NCBI GenBank assembly: GCA_964016885.1
Contig: OZ024763.1
Coordinates: 19,530,001 to 19,594,000, forward strand
Length of the DNA stretch: 64,000 nt
From: Eledone cirrhosa
Lineage: Eukaryota
Direction: 5' to 3'
In this document: one piece after another, positions 13,347 to 29,191 of the stretch
How positions within the stretch are numbered: the first letter of the stretch is position 1
Layout of the letters: the number at the start of each line of letters is the position of its first letter
Translations under genes and position numbers: made by a program
Notes under the pieces: model-generated
Told to the model about the DNA's origin: nothing
What the model saw: the letters and a program-made list of their open reading frames with translations, nothing else
Database searches by the model: none

Positions 13347-14260
13347 TTCGTTGCTTGGTTCGTTTTCGTTTTTCTTCTCTACATTTCCATTTCTTAAATA
13401 TTTTATTACCTTTAATAATATGTATTGTTTTAATATGAACAGTTATGGAAAATTAATATTATTTATACAAATCTGAATAAAGAACTAGCCTATTGATTAA
13501 ACGTGTGAATTAATATGACTTAAGGTGTTTCTGAATGTATTAAATTATGTAAGGGATTTTTAAGTCAAGACACCGTTTTCAAGTAACCGATAGAAAATTA
13601 TTATCTACATCGGCCCCATTGTTACATTTAAACTTCATCGAATTTTATCTTTTATGGAGATTATTTCATATTCAGGTGAACGTTAATGTTTATAAATAAT
13701 ATAAGTATTATTTAATATTTCATTTCATCACAAACAACTAATTACAGGACAGGAAAATGTATTTTTAATCAGTAATCAGTGAACATTTAGTTTTTACCAA
13801 ATTTTCTTGACTTTATATTTGATCTTGAAAACTAAAGTACGTATTATTTCATTTTCCATCACAGCACAAACATTGTGAACTTTTCTACTATCTGAAGTGA
13901 AATATATTGATTTATAACAACACGTACACACATTTCTACACACGCACACGTCTATTTATCTCTCTATCCCACATGTAAAAGATGTATGCATATATCTTGT
14001 AATTTGAATTATAAATATATATATATATATAATATACTCTTCAACTTTCTTCGTGGAAATGAGTCTTACGCTGTCATATCTCTTATTTCTTGTACCAACT
14101 GAGTACTACACTACAACTTTGTAGAAGAAGAAAGCCGAGTTCTGCAGTCTTTTATGGACACTATTTTAGAATACAAATAATCTTTTAACGACATCTACAT
14201 ATCTTAATATATAAGTAAAAGTGATGAGAATCCTTTATGTAAAGATCACAAGCTAGAAAT

Positions 14261-15103
14261 ATGTCTGAATATAGCTGTGAGATTTGCAGGAAAACTTTCT
14301 CTTCAAAACTGAAACTATCCTCACATGGGAAAATACACAGTGGAGAAAAACCCTTCCAATGTGAAATATGTAGTAAATCTTTTGTCTTCAACAGTGACTT
14401 GAAAAGTCATATAAGAATACACACAGGAGAAAAACCCTTCCACTGTGAAATATGTGGGAAATCTTTCACTAATAATTCTAATCTTGTCACCCACATACGG
14501 ACTCACACCGGTGAAAAACCCTTCCATTGTGAAATATGTGGGAAATCTTTCACTCATAATTCTAACCTTGTCATCCACATACGGAGTCACACTGGTGAAA
14601 AACCCTTCCATTGTGAAATATGTGGGAAATCATTTGCCTGCAACGGTGACTTGAGAAGACATACAACAACACACACTGGAGAAAAACCCTATTCATGTGA
14701 AATATGTGGGAAATCTTTTGCCTGGAGCAGTGTCTTGAAAGGACATACAACAACACACACAGGAGAAAAACCTTATTCATGTGGAATATGTGGGAAATCT
14801 TATCCTCGTAGTTCTCATCTTGTAGATCACAAAAGAATACACACGGGAGAAAAACCTTATTTATGTGAACTATGTGGGAAATCTTTTTCTCAAGTTTCTA
14901 CACTTGTAGATCACAAAAGAATACACACAGGAGAAAAACCTTATTCATGTGATATATGTGGGAAATCTTTTTCTCATAGTTCTCATCTTGTAGGTCATAA
15001 AAGAATACACACAGGAGAAAAACCTTATTCATGTGAAATATGTGGGAAATCTTTTTCTCGGGGTTCTCATCTTGTACGTCACAAAAGAATACACACTGGA
15101 TAA
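14261..15103 (+). CDS. Tandem C2H2 zinc-finger protein (ZNF-2), 10 fingers
   Basis: Intact ORF. Stop is a TAA replacing the linker Glu (ACTGGA TAA AAACCT). Finger relics continue to about 15291. Confidence 0.9.
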   Translation: MSEYSCEICRKTFSSKLKLSSHGKIHSGEKPFQCEICSKSFVFNSDLKSHIRIHTGEKPFHCEICGKSFTNNSNLVTHIRTHTGEKPFHCEICGKSFTHNSNLVIHIRSHTGEKPFHCEICGKSFACNGDLRRHTTTHTGEKPYSCEICGKSFAWSSVLKGHTTTHTGEKPYSCGICGKSYPRSSHLVDHKRIHTGEKPYLCELCGKSFSQVSTLVDHKRIHTGEKPYSCDICGKSFSHSSHLVGHKRIHTGEKPYSCEICGKSFSRGSHLVRHKRIHTG

Positions 15104-17625
<2,522 letters not shown>

Positions 17626-17662
17626 TATATATAGTTATGTAATAAACAACATAAGGCAATTA

Positions 17663-17723
17663 TTTCATTTACCAGTGGTTTCTTAAAAGCAAACAAATTT
17701 TGCTTTCAATCATCAGAATGAAA
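17663..17723 (-). ncRNA. Type I hammerhead ribozyme (3' pLTR copy)
   Basis: Minus strand: tttcatt-CTGATGA-ttgaaagcaaa/tttgcttttaa-GAAA-ccactgg-TA-aatgaaa. Confidence 0.85.
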
Positions 17724-17819
17724 AAATCCCGGTGTATTTATTGGCATTGGATTTTAAAAACAAAAATATAATCTATATGAAAGTGAGGCTGGAAAAGGAA
17801 GAAGGAAAGGAAAAATAAA

Positions 17820-18551
17820 CACACATGCAAACACACACACACACAATTATATACATACACATATATATATATATATATATACATACACACATACATATAC
17901 ACACACACACATATATATGTGTATATATATACATACACATACATATACACATACAGACATACACACATAATTATCAACATATCCATACATACACATACAT
18001 ACAAATACACAAACATTCATACACACACACATATACATGCATATATATATATATATACATAAACATATATATACATACATACACACACATACATATATAT
18101 ACACATATATATATATACACATACATATACATACATATATACATACACATACATACATACATACACACAATCATACGTATATACACACGTACATACATAC
18201 ACACATATACACGCATACATACGCATGCACAAATATAGAAATATGTACACACACCTACATACTCACACACAAATAAATATAAGAAAAAATATAATAATAA
18301 AAATACCGTCACATAATAATTATAGTGTTGACAGCGATACAGGCAACAAATAAATGAACAAACACACGTAAGCAATACACACAATTGCACGTACACATAC
18401 ATATGTAAAAATAAATACATACACATACATATGCATACACATACATACACACACACATATACATATATATTTATTTATATATATATATTTACACATACAT
18501 ATATATTTATATATACACATACATATATATTTATATATACACATACATATA

Positions 18552-18595
<44 letters not shown>

Positions 18596-19550
18596 CATAT
18601 TCATACATACATACACATACTTATACATACATATCACAAACACATACATACAAATGCAAACACACACATATGTATGTGTGTAAAGCTCATTCTTAGATAG
18701 ATTCATATGAACCTTGTTTAACTCTAAAATATATATATATACACACACATATATACATATACATATATATATATATATATATATACATACCTACATACAC
18801 ACACACACATATAATTATATATATATATAAGAAAGACCATAAATATTGTATATATAAAAAAAAAACTAAATATTGAATATATAAAAATAAAAATAAAAAT
18901 AAAAAGTTGGAATACGACCAATAATTAAAAAAAAATAATTAGAAAAGGGTATAAATGTTTATAGCTGATTTAGAGCACTCAACAAGTTCCTGGAGCAAAT
19001 GATCAAGGAAAAAAAGCATTAAATCACTATGTAATTATGCATATACATACATACATATACATTCAAATATATATACATACACACACAAACACAACCACAG
19101 AAATACACACACACACATACATATACGTATATATATACACACACATAGGAAAAAGTCTGACCCCACGGCAGAGCTCAAGCCGTTTCTGAGGCTATTATAA
19201 ATATACACACAAAACCATTATATAAAAATACATATGCACGCACAAATATACACATACCCACACACACACATTAAATCTCTATATACACACATACATATAC
19301 ACATATATATACATATATATATATATACATTATACATATATATATACATTATACATATATATATATATATATACATATATATACATATATATATATACAT
19401 ATATATATACACACACGCACAAATACAACAGAAGTATATAATATACAATTACATATACATACAGATAAATATAAACATACATACATACACATATATATAT
19501 ACACACATATATATATATACACATATACGCAACACACACAAAAATAAATA
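17820..19550. repeat. (CA/TA)n compound microsatellite region in the PLE 3' UTR
   Basis: Seen directly. Confidence 0.9.
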
Positions 19551-22096
19551 TCTAAAAATAAAAAAATTGGGTATGTGAAGAGTAAGGCAGAAAGTAGGGG
19601 GGAAAAAGGGGAAATAAATGACATAGGAAAAGGTTTAAATATAAGCGAAGATAAGGGAGAAAGAGAATACGTGAGTACAGAATGTGGATTCAGGAGGTAA
19701 AAAAAACCAAAAAAAAACCGTAGTGGAAGTAAAGAGCCGAGAAGGAGTTCAAGGTGGTTGAGTTATCGTAGGAATGTCAATCCAGTTACAGATCAGATGT
19801 GATTTCAGGTGAGGACAACATCTGAAGATCTCGGTCTTTGAGTTCAGGCAAGCAGAAGTGGCTTTCAAGTTTTGTAAATTCCTATATTTTTCCGTGGTAC
19901 ACAGAACAATTCTTTGTTCCCCTTTGGTACTCCCTCGAATGGTCTAAAATAGACCAATCGATAGAGTACGGGATGTTTTTATCCTTGAATTCCCACACCT
20001 TACTTGCGAGGGCCGTTGCTGTTCTTTTATCGGAGTGCTTAAAAGAAGCGACATGTGCATAAAACCTGGTTTTAAACCTCTCCTGGGTCATGCCAACATA
20101 TCGCTCACATCTGGCTGGCTGGTTGTTGATTAAAGGTGTCACTTTGGCCTCATAAACAACGGATTTGGTGTTACATTTGCCCTGCAATGGGCATTCATCC
20201 GGCTTCCTGCAACTCCATCCTGGATTTGTTCTCGTACGATTTGAATTAGTGATCTTAGACTTCATTGATGGGCAACAAGAGTAACTGATCTTAACTACAT
20301 TTCTATTAAATATCTTATAATATCTATGATTAGGAGGAAAATGTTTATCTAAGAGGTCAAGGAATTTCCTTCCTACATTAGTTTTGACAGTTAGAGAGAA
20401 GGGGGGTGTAAACCAAATAATTTTCCTTTTCCTATTATTGTGGTTAGTTTTAGGGGGTGGGGGGGAGTAGGTAAATAATTAATTTGTTCTGTAAATCCGC
20501 TGTTATTAAGGGCTTTATTATAATAAGGGGCGGCTTTATTAAAAATGTCTAGAGACGAAGATAAGGTAGAAATCCTACGGCTAATGTTGGGAATAAGATT
20601 TTTAAAAACTATAGGGGGATGGCAAGATTCTTTGTGTATATATCTAAGATTTTCGTAAGGTTTATGATAAGGTTTAAATGAGGCGGTAAGTAGATCAAGA
20701 TTAATGTCAAGAAAGTTAGCATTGGTAAGGTTCGTATCTAGTAATTTTAAGGTTAAGATTAGCAAAAGTATTGATTAAATCTTTACGGAATTTATCAAGG
20801 TTATGGTCGTTGGTGGTATGAGAAACTGCCAATCCGTCATCACGGTATAAACCGATATGATGGGAAGGAAATTTCTCTTTGACGGTGTGGAGAAGGATAA
20901 TCCTACTAAGTCACACACATCCGCACTGTCATATGAACCCATTGCAACATCAAAAGAGTTTTCAGGGTTTGACTTTTTAACCCAAATTCTTTCATTAGTA
21001 AAGAGTAAAGTTTTTCTAGTATGAAAGATAATGTCTTCTTGTAATTTAGAAATATTAATGAAGGGTCTTGCAAACTCTAGGGCATTAATTAGTTAATAAG
21101 GAAACAGTAATAGAGGGGTAAAAATCAACAATATCAAATTGGGTAAATCTACACTTATTTTTACCTTGTATATTATTAAACCAAGAAATAACAGAGGATG
21201 TATTTAACCATTGTGATAGGTCAGTCTTAGTTCTAATTTGGAGAATTATTTTTCTTAAGATTTTTTTTACTTGCAAGGCCAACTTCGGATTTAGCCGGGT
21301 TAATCAGTCTACAACTAGGTCGATTAGTAAAGTCTAATTTATGGTCTTTAAGGGTAATATATTCTTTACACTTAGCTAGGCTTTCAATCCGGTTGTCTAT
21401 TTTTAAAGAACTAGCTAGTTCTTTAGCTTCTTTATTAATAGTATTGTAGGTATTATTATTAGTTAATTGATATTTGTTGGTGATACTATTAGTTAAAAGT
21501 TGGTTATACAAAATACTATTAACTTCAAAGAGATTTTTAGTTTTATCAGAAAGAACAAAGGCGTTTGTAGAATTTTTAAAATTAGAAATATCATTAGACA
21601 GTTTAATTTGAAAGTTATTGTACTTACGAAATTTGATATCACTAATTAAATTAACAAGGTCTAATTCGAAGTTAGCCATGTCTTTAATTCTAGGTGGATA
21701 TTTACGGGATTTTATGTCAAAACAATCATTAATATCAGCACTGAATAGTCCATCGAAAACCATTGCCTTCCATCTCATTCTTTTAACGACTTGTTCGATT
21801 TTATCTATACGCATTTTGGTATAAGTTGTGTTGGAAGGAGTAGGTATATTTTTGATTGAATAATCCAATTCATAAAGGTCTATGGTGTATGTTGGTTAAA
21901 TTCCTGAAAACTGTAGAGTGCTCAACTAATCGGGCTGGAAAGTGCCAATCGTATATGTAATATAGAATATGCTTCAATCAATCCCTGTTGGATCTGTATA
22001 AATGAAGGAATTCCGTCGGAAAAGTCCAGGAAAAAAGAGTGCTCTATGTAGGTAACAGAGCTTAATAGTTATGTAATAAACAACATAAGGCAATTA

Positions 22097-22157
22097 TTTC
22101 ATTTACCAGTGGTTTCTTAAAAGCAAACAAATTTTGCTTTCAATCATCAGAATGAAA
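22097..22157 (-). ncRNA. Type I hammerhead ribozyme (5' pLTR copy)
   Basis: Same sequence as 17663..17723. Confidence 0.85.
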
Positions 22158-22757
22158 AAATCCCTGTGTATTTATTGGCATTGGATTTTAAAAACAAAAA
22201 TATAATCTATATGAAAGTGAGGCTAGAAAAGGAAGAAGGAAAGGAAAAATAAACACACACACACACGCACACAATTATATACATACATATATATATACAT
22301 ACACACATACACACACACACACACACATATGTGTATATATATACATACACATACATATACATACATACACACATAATTATCAACATATCCATATATATTA
22401 AAGTGTTAAACAATATTCAATGAGTATGTCAAAGAATGAGTTTTACAGTAGATCAATACCACCAATACCACTTTGATCAATACCACCATTTCTTTATTTC
22501 TTTATTTCTCTATCTATTTTCCTATCTATGCTTTAAAATTTAGTTTAATACCCAATCCTTACATCTTTACGGATTTTTACTAATATTGAATTTTTAATGA
22601 GTTTTTGATCTATTATTTATAGTATAATATAATATAGTATATGTATATATTTTTTAAAAATATATTTACTGCACTTTAAAATCTAAAATTTAAAACAGAT
22701 TCAAATTTATATATAAATGTAAATTTTTGCTGCGTTTTTGATCTCTTATTTATAATA

Positions 22758-22932
22758 TAATTGTTTCTACTTTAGGCACAAGGCCAGCAATTACCCAGTG
22801 CATTACTGGTACTTTATTTTATCGACCCCGTAAGGATGAAAGGCAAAGTCAACCTCGGCGGGATTTGAACTCAGATCGTAAAGGGACGTAACTATGCTGG
22901 AAAGCATGGCGTCCGACCCTCTACCGATACTA
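22758..22932 (-). mobile_element. SINE family A
   Basis: Same B-box, core and tail as 12636-13346. Confidence 0.85.
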
Positions 22933-22957
22933 CAAAAAAGATAAGGGAATGTAGCAG

Positions 22958-24955
22958 CTAATGGATACAATTTACACTACCAGAACTTTTAGGTTTATAA
23001 TAAAAGTAAGAATTAGAAATGGCGTGGGGGCAAGAAGAGAATATCTCAGACTTTCTATTAAGTAAGAGTTCCCTAGAGAAAATTATAGAGTGGGTCTCAA
23101 GGATACAGAGATTACAGAATTTAGTGTGTGTTGATAGGTTATTAGAGTGTGCTACTATTCGCCAATTAAGGCTATATGGTATATTAGTCCCCTTAAGATC
23201 CCAGATATGGTGTGCTAAAGAAGTAGAATTCTTAAACTTAACATGTTTAAAATTAGAGATATGAGAATTAAACCTAGTCTTAAAAGTGTTAGATGTTGAG
23301 TCTATATATGTGTTATTAGAGGAATTAGTTTTAACTATACAAGCATAAACGATGTTCTTAGAGAGGCAGTTAACACTCACTCTGCAGTTACACTTCCGGG
23401 TGCTATTAATCGGCTGAAGTAGTGATGCATCTCTCGTAGGGTTACTATGAGATAAGGTCTGCTCAGGTGGTAAGGCATTTATGGATCTATCCAGACTAGT
23501 AGTACGCAGAGAGGGGTAGTAGCCGTCCCTAATTTTCCCATTGTTAGTGCTAGCTAAAAGAGAACTAATATTAGGGGTGGTAGAGAATGATAGTTTAATT
23601 ACATTTTTATTAAAAATACCATGGTATTTATTAGTAGGATGGAAATTTTTCTCTAAGATAGAAAAGAAAGACCTAGGGATGTTAGTTAATACTTCCTGAT
23701 TATATGGCGGGTTAAAATAAGTATTTAGTCTCCTATTTCTATCCTTACCAACTCTACCGTTATCTAATATCCCATTATTATTAAGATCTGGGTTACTACG
23801 AGGACTAGTTAAAACCACATTATTAGAATCAGCCGAAACTACATTGAGTCTCTTTCTGTTTCTACTGCTATCTGGAATCATATCAAAAGGATTAGAGCTA
23901 ATAATATGATCAGTAGAAACAACACTATTAGAATTAGATTTAGCATAAGCATCACCACTGAGTGAGCGCTCAGAGCGCCCAACTTGATCCCTAGAACTAT
24001 TAGATTCACTATTACGAATCCGGTGGCTTAACTTATGGATGGGTTCGGATACACCTATGTGATTTCTACGATTCTTATGCTTTCTACTCCCATTCATGGC
24101 CATATTATGGGATATTATGTTATTATTATATGTAAGCGGAGACTTTCTAAGGTTACTATTATTATAATGTATTTTACCAGAGTAACCGGAGTTATCTAGG
24201 GCGTTATTATAGTACTCTGCATGTGCATTAAATATTCCTATGTCCTTAGAGAGTGTGGAAATTCTATTAGATACACCATTAATTATAGAGCTTATCATAG
24301 ATTTGGGGTGGTTAGAATTGGGACTAACATAAGAATGTATTTCATTAGGCTTATGGAAGGGTTTAAAACTATTAGTGACCAAGTCCAAAGTCACATCTAA
24401 AAAGTTGACCGCTCTATCATTTCTATCTCTCGTGATCGAAAGGTTAAAGCTTTTAAAAAACTTGTAAAGTTTCTTCTTATTATGCTCGATATTATTGGTG
24501 CTAGAGTTAATCACAAACAATGAGTCGTCACGATAGAGTCCGCCTTTAAGGTGCGGAAAGGTAACATACAGTTCATTTAGGAGGAACAACCCAACAAGAT
24601 CAGTTACCTGGGCCGAATCACTCGAACCCATTGTTGGGCGTGTTTTTACGGGTCCAAAATGTATCCTCAAAATTGATGATAGTTCTATAGGCTGCTAGTA
24701 TAATATCAATCTGTGATCGTGTAAGGCTGGACACTCTCATGGCCATCATTAAGGCTTTATTGAGGAGGATAGGTGAAATCGATGTGTAATAGGCATCAAT
24801 ATCAAACTGGATAAACCTACTAGATTCAAGTTTATTAATACCAGAGAACCAATCTATAACCTCCTTAGTGTTCCCCCATAGATTAAAATTAACCTTCTCC
24901 CTAACGGCTGGTATAATAAGGTCAAAGATTTTCTTACTAATTATGGCTATATCAG
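22958..24955 (-). mobile_element. Penelope-like (Naiad-type) element, 5'-truncated; RT plus GIY-YIG, 570-aa open segment
   Basis: QFDIDAYY (about 24800), MGSSDSAQVTDLVGL, GLYRDD, NFLDVTLDL, CNCR, IVY..YIDST..FKTRFNSH, CNLCILE, LNRKSEIFSSCPH. Confidence 0.92.
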
Positions 24956-25026
24956 ACTATATAATTATATGTATATATAAGTGTGTATGTGTGTGGATAT
25001 GTATGTGTATGTATGTATATGTGCAT

Positions 25027-25084
<58 letters not shown>

Positions 25085-25130
25085 ATGTGTGTATGTGTGT
25101 ATATATATGTACATATATATATATATGTAG

Positions 25131-25206
<76 letters not shown>

Positions 25207-26077
25207 ATATATATGTATATGTGTATATATATATGGGTATATATATATATTATTTTTATATTCTTTTAATTTCCCCTCATCTTTAACAGCACTTTTCAAC
25301 TGCATCTAACTCTTATTTATCATATCTATATGTATTAGTATAATTTTATCAATATAAATATACCCATCAATTAAATTAATTTTATATTCTTTTCATAGAT
25401 GTATTTTTTTCACTAACATTCTTATCTTAAAACTTTGGTCAACTTAGATATTTGTATTGGCATTACTATTTTATAACAGCAACTGCTTGTATACCTTTTA
25501 CTGACCACCTGACCTATTTTCACCCCTAAAATAAGCTTCAATTACTACTATTTTACCATTTGGCCAATTATTAACTTTCTATTGGTTAATTCTAAACCTC
25601 TTACCAAACAGACAGAATATATTAGATCTTTGTTGGTTTTATTCAATGAACAAATAAAATTATTTCTGAGGTCAGCATAAGACCTATTTCTTCCCTAAAA
25701 TAATCCTTCATTCATAATATTCTTTTCCATCCAAAACTGAAATCTACCTTCCTCTACCCATAATTTAAGGTTCTTCTACTACTATATTACTATCTTGACC
25801 CTCACTATCTCCTGATTGGTCAATTCAAAACCTGTTCCCAAACAGACCTATTGTATTGAATCTTTGTTTTTTTCAATAAACAAATATCATTATTTCTGAA
25901 GACAGCATATATATGTGTAGGTATGTATATTCCCTCTGATAGTTTGTATAAATATTGTACATAGATCTATAGAATATGCATACCAACTCTAACACATATA
26001 TATCCTAGAAACGATCGTAAAATAATGAATTTTTTAAATATAATGAACTGTCTCTTTGTTTATTCATTATTTTATTA

Positions 26078-26113
<36 letters not shown>

Positions 26114-26242
26114 TATATATCTCTCTCTCTCTATATATATATATAAAATTTATATATATATATATATATATATAAAATTTATATATATATATAAAAAATT
26201 TATATATATATATATATATAAAATTTATATATATATATATAG

Positions 26243-26460
26243 GAGTCGATCGACTTTCGTCAAATCGGACCGAGGGAACAATGTTTCCGTTGGTCTTTCC
26301 AATTGCTAATACTATCTATCGGTCGCAACTCCAGGTAGAAGGAGCAACGTGAAATAAAGTGTCTTGCCCAAGGACATAACGCATCGCCTGGTCCAGGAAT
26401 CGAACTCACAACCTTATGATTGTGAATCCAATTCTCTAACCACTCAGCCACACGCCTTCA
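26243..26460 (-). mobile_element. tRNA-derived SINE, family B
   Basis: Minus strand: TGGCTGAGTGG A-box, GAGTTCGATTCC B-box, GTCCTTGGGCAAGACACTTTATTTCACGTTGCTCC core. Related copies near 37500 and 49760. Confidence 0.8.
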
Positions 26461-26489
26461 CTATATAAAATTTATATATATATAAAATT

Positions 26490-26520
<31 letters not shown>

Positions 26521-28099
26521 TATATATATATATATATATAAAATTTATATATATATATAAAATTTATATATATATATATATAAAATTTATATATATATAT
26601 AAATTTTTTATATATATATATATATAAATATAGTTTATATGATAGTTGTAATGTCACAACTGCCGATTCATATCAGCCTTTCCCTGGACAACATGATATA
26701 TAGTCTATATATATTGGACAATATTATATAAAGTGTATATATGATGTATATAGTAGTTATGACAATATTCTATATACATATGTAGAGACAATGTATACAC
26801 ATAAATATATACAAACACATATATATTTTATAGTGAACTCATACAGCATATCGTAATATCATGTTCTCAGCCAGGGTGTCCTTAAGACACATCACTCCAC
26901 ATGTCTCTAATCTCCACAGCTGAAAAAGACAAGTAGCAGAATTAGTTGGAGGTTTGGCATGGGCTGGAATATTCTCTGCCTCCAATATTTTCACTTCGGC
27001 CACAAATCCCAGCTCAGACTGAAATATAACATCTCTCCCTCTCCCTCTTCGGTGGATTGGCAGTATCGGGAGGGTCGGACGCCATGCTTTGCAGCATAGC
27101 TACGGCCCTTCAAATCCTGCCGAGATTAACTTTGCTTTTCATCCTCACAGGGTTGATAAAATAAAGTATCAGTAATACACTGAGATAATTGCTGCCCTTG
27201 TCCCTATGGTAGAAATCATTATTTTCGTTGCTTGATTCGTTTTCGTTTTTCCTCTTTACATTTTCATTTATTAAATGTTTTCTTTTAACAGTTATGTAAA
27301 ATAATTTATACACATCAGAATAAAGAGCTAACATATTGAACGTATGAATTAATATAACTGAAGGTCTTTCTGAATGTATTAAATTATGTAGGGGACTTTT
27401 AAGTCATGACACCGGCTTCATGTAGCCAATAGAAAATTATCTGCGTCGGCTCCATTGTTTCATCTTATACCTAATCTAATTTTATCTTTTATGGTGATTA
27501 TTTCATATTAACGTGAACGTTAATGTTTGTAAGTAACATAAGGTGACCTTATAGTTGTTGTTTTATCACCTGTATTATTAAATATTTCATTTCATCACAA
27601 ACAACCCCCAACACCGTGAAGTGGTTGTTCAACATTTTACAGGACAGGAAAATATTATTTTAGTGAGAAATCAGTGAACATTTAGTTTTAACTAAATTTT
27701 CTTGACTTTATATTTGGTCTTGAAAACCAATGTACGTATTATTTCGTTTTCCATCACAACGAAAACATTCTACACTTTTCTACTATCGGAAGTGAAATAT
27801 CTTGATTTATTACAACGCGTACACACATATTTCTACACACTCACACCTAGTTATTTCTCTCTCATACGTACACACTATGTTTATATATATATATATTAAC
27901 TATCGTCTTTTGTAATCATGAATATTAATTCTCTTGTGACCTGAACTGTCCTCAATAACAAGAACCTTAACTTTCGAAGACATGGTCTGTTTTATGAGCT
28001 GAGGATTTTAGTGTGAATAGAGCTTCTTTCACCTTAACAAAAATAATAGTGGAATACTCCAGAATAATCTCTCTCTCTCTCTCTCTTCATCCTAGAAAT

Positions 28100-29089
28100 A
28101 TGTCTGAATATAGCTGTGAGATTTGCCGAAAAACTTTCCCTTCAAAACTGAAACTATCCTCACATTGGAAAATACACAGTGAAATATGTGGTGAATCTTT
28201 TGTCTTCAACAGTGAGTTGAAAAGGCATATAAGACCACACACTGGAGAGAAACCTTATTCATGTGAAATATGTGAGAAATCTTTTTCTCATGGTTCTATT
28301 CTTGTAGATCACAAAAGAATACACACAGGCGAAAAACCTTATTCATGTGAAATATGTGGGAAATCCTTTTCTCGTGGTTCTCATCTTGTAGTTCACAAAA
28401 GAATACACACAGGAGAAAAACCTTATTCATGTGAAATATGTGGGAAATCCTTTTCTCGTGGTTCTCATCTTGTAGTTCACAAAAGAATACACACAGGAGA
28501 AAAACCTTATTCATGTGAAATATGTGGGAAATCCTTTTCTCATGGTTCTGTTCTTGTAAAACACAAAAGAATACACACAGGAGAAAAACCTTATTCATGT
28601 GAAATATGTGGGAAATCTTTTTCTGATGGTTCTGACCTTATAAAACACAAAAGAATACACACAGGAGAAAAATCCGTTCATTGTGAAATATGTGGGAAAT
28701 CTTTTGTCTCCAACAGTGACTTGAAGGGGCATATAAGAACACACACTGGAGAAAAACCTTATTCATGTGAAATATGTGGGAAATGTTTTTCTCATGGCTC
28801 TCATCTTATAGTTCACAAAAGAATACACACAGGAGAAAAACCTTATTCATGTGAAATATGTGGGAAATCTTTTTCTCATGGTTCTATTCTTGTAAAACAC
28901 AAAAGAATACACACTGGAGAAAAACCCTTCCATTGTGAAATATGTGGGAAATCTTTTGTTTCCAACAGTGGCTTGAAAAGTCATACAACAACGCACACAG
29001 GAGAAAAACCTTATTCATGTGAAATATGTGGGAAGTCTTTTTCTCGTAGTTCTTCTCTTGTACGTCACAAAAGAATACATGCTGGATAA
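28100..29089 (+). CDS. Tandem C2H2 zinc-finger protein (ZNF-3), 12 units (finger 2 degenerate)
   Basis: Paralog-conserved ATG at 28100 (MSEYSCEIC). 21-bp deletion of the first linker. In-linker TAA stop. Confidence 0.88.
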   Translation: MSEYSCEICRKTFPSKLKLSSHWKIHSEICGESFVFNSELKRHIRPHTGEKPYSCEICEKSFSHGSILVDHKRIHTGEKPYSCEICGKSFSRGSHLVVHKRIHTGEKPYSCEICGKSFSRGSHLVVHKRIHTGEKPYSCEICGKSFSHGSVLVKHKRIHTGEKPYSCEICGKSFSDGSDLIKHKRIHTGEKSVHCEICGKSFVSNSDLKGHIRTHTGEKPYSCEICGKCFSHGSHLIVHKRIHTGEKPYSCEICGKSFSHGSILVKHKRIHTGEKPFHCEICGKSFVSNSGLKSHTTTHTGEKPYSCEICGKSFSRSSSLVRHKRIHAG

Positions 29090-29191
29090 AAACCTTAGTC
29101 ATGTGAAATATGTGGGAAATCTTTCACATGGAATTTTACACTGGTTGTTCACAAACACGTTATTGTTTGTAAATCTTTTATTTAATGACTG

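Larger units (their letters stand above)
17631..22395 (-). mobile_element. Near full-length Penelope-like (Naiad-type) element with direct pseudo-LTRs, ORF frameshifted
   Basis: Fragments YSIKNIP..KRMRWKA, TLKDHK..CRLINPAKSE, QFDIVDFYPSI, MGSYDSADVCDLVG, GLYRDDGL, NFLDINLDL, CPLQGKC..VVYEA..YVGMT. Direct repeat about 17631-17985 vs 22066-22395. Confidence 0.92.

Noticed and set aside
28013-28099. N-terminal extension of ZNF-3 from a GTG start
   Set aside because: Runs through a (CT)n tract. The paralog-conserved ATG is at 28100.
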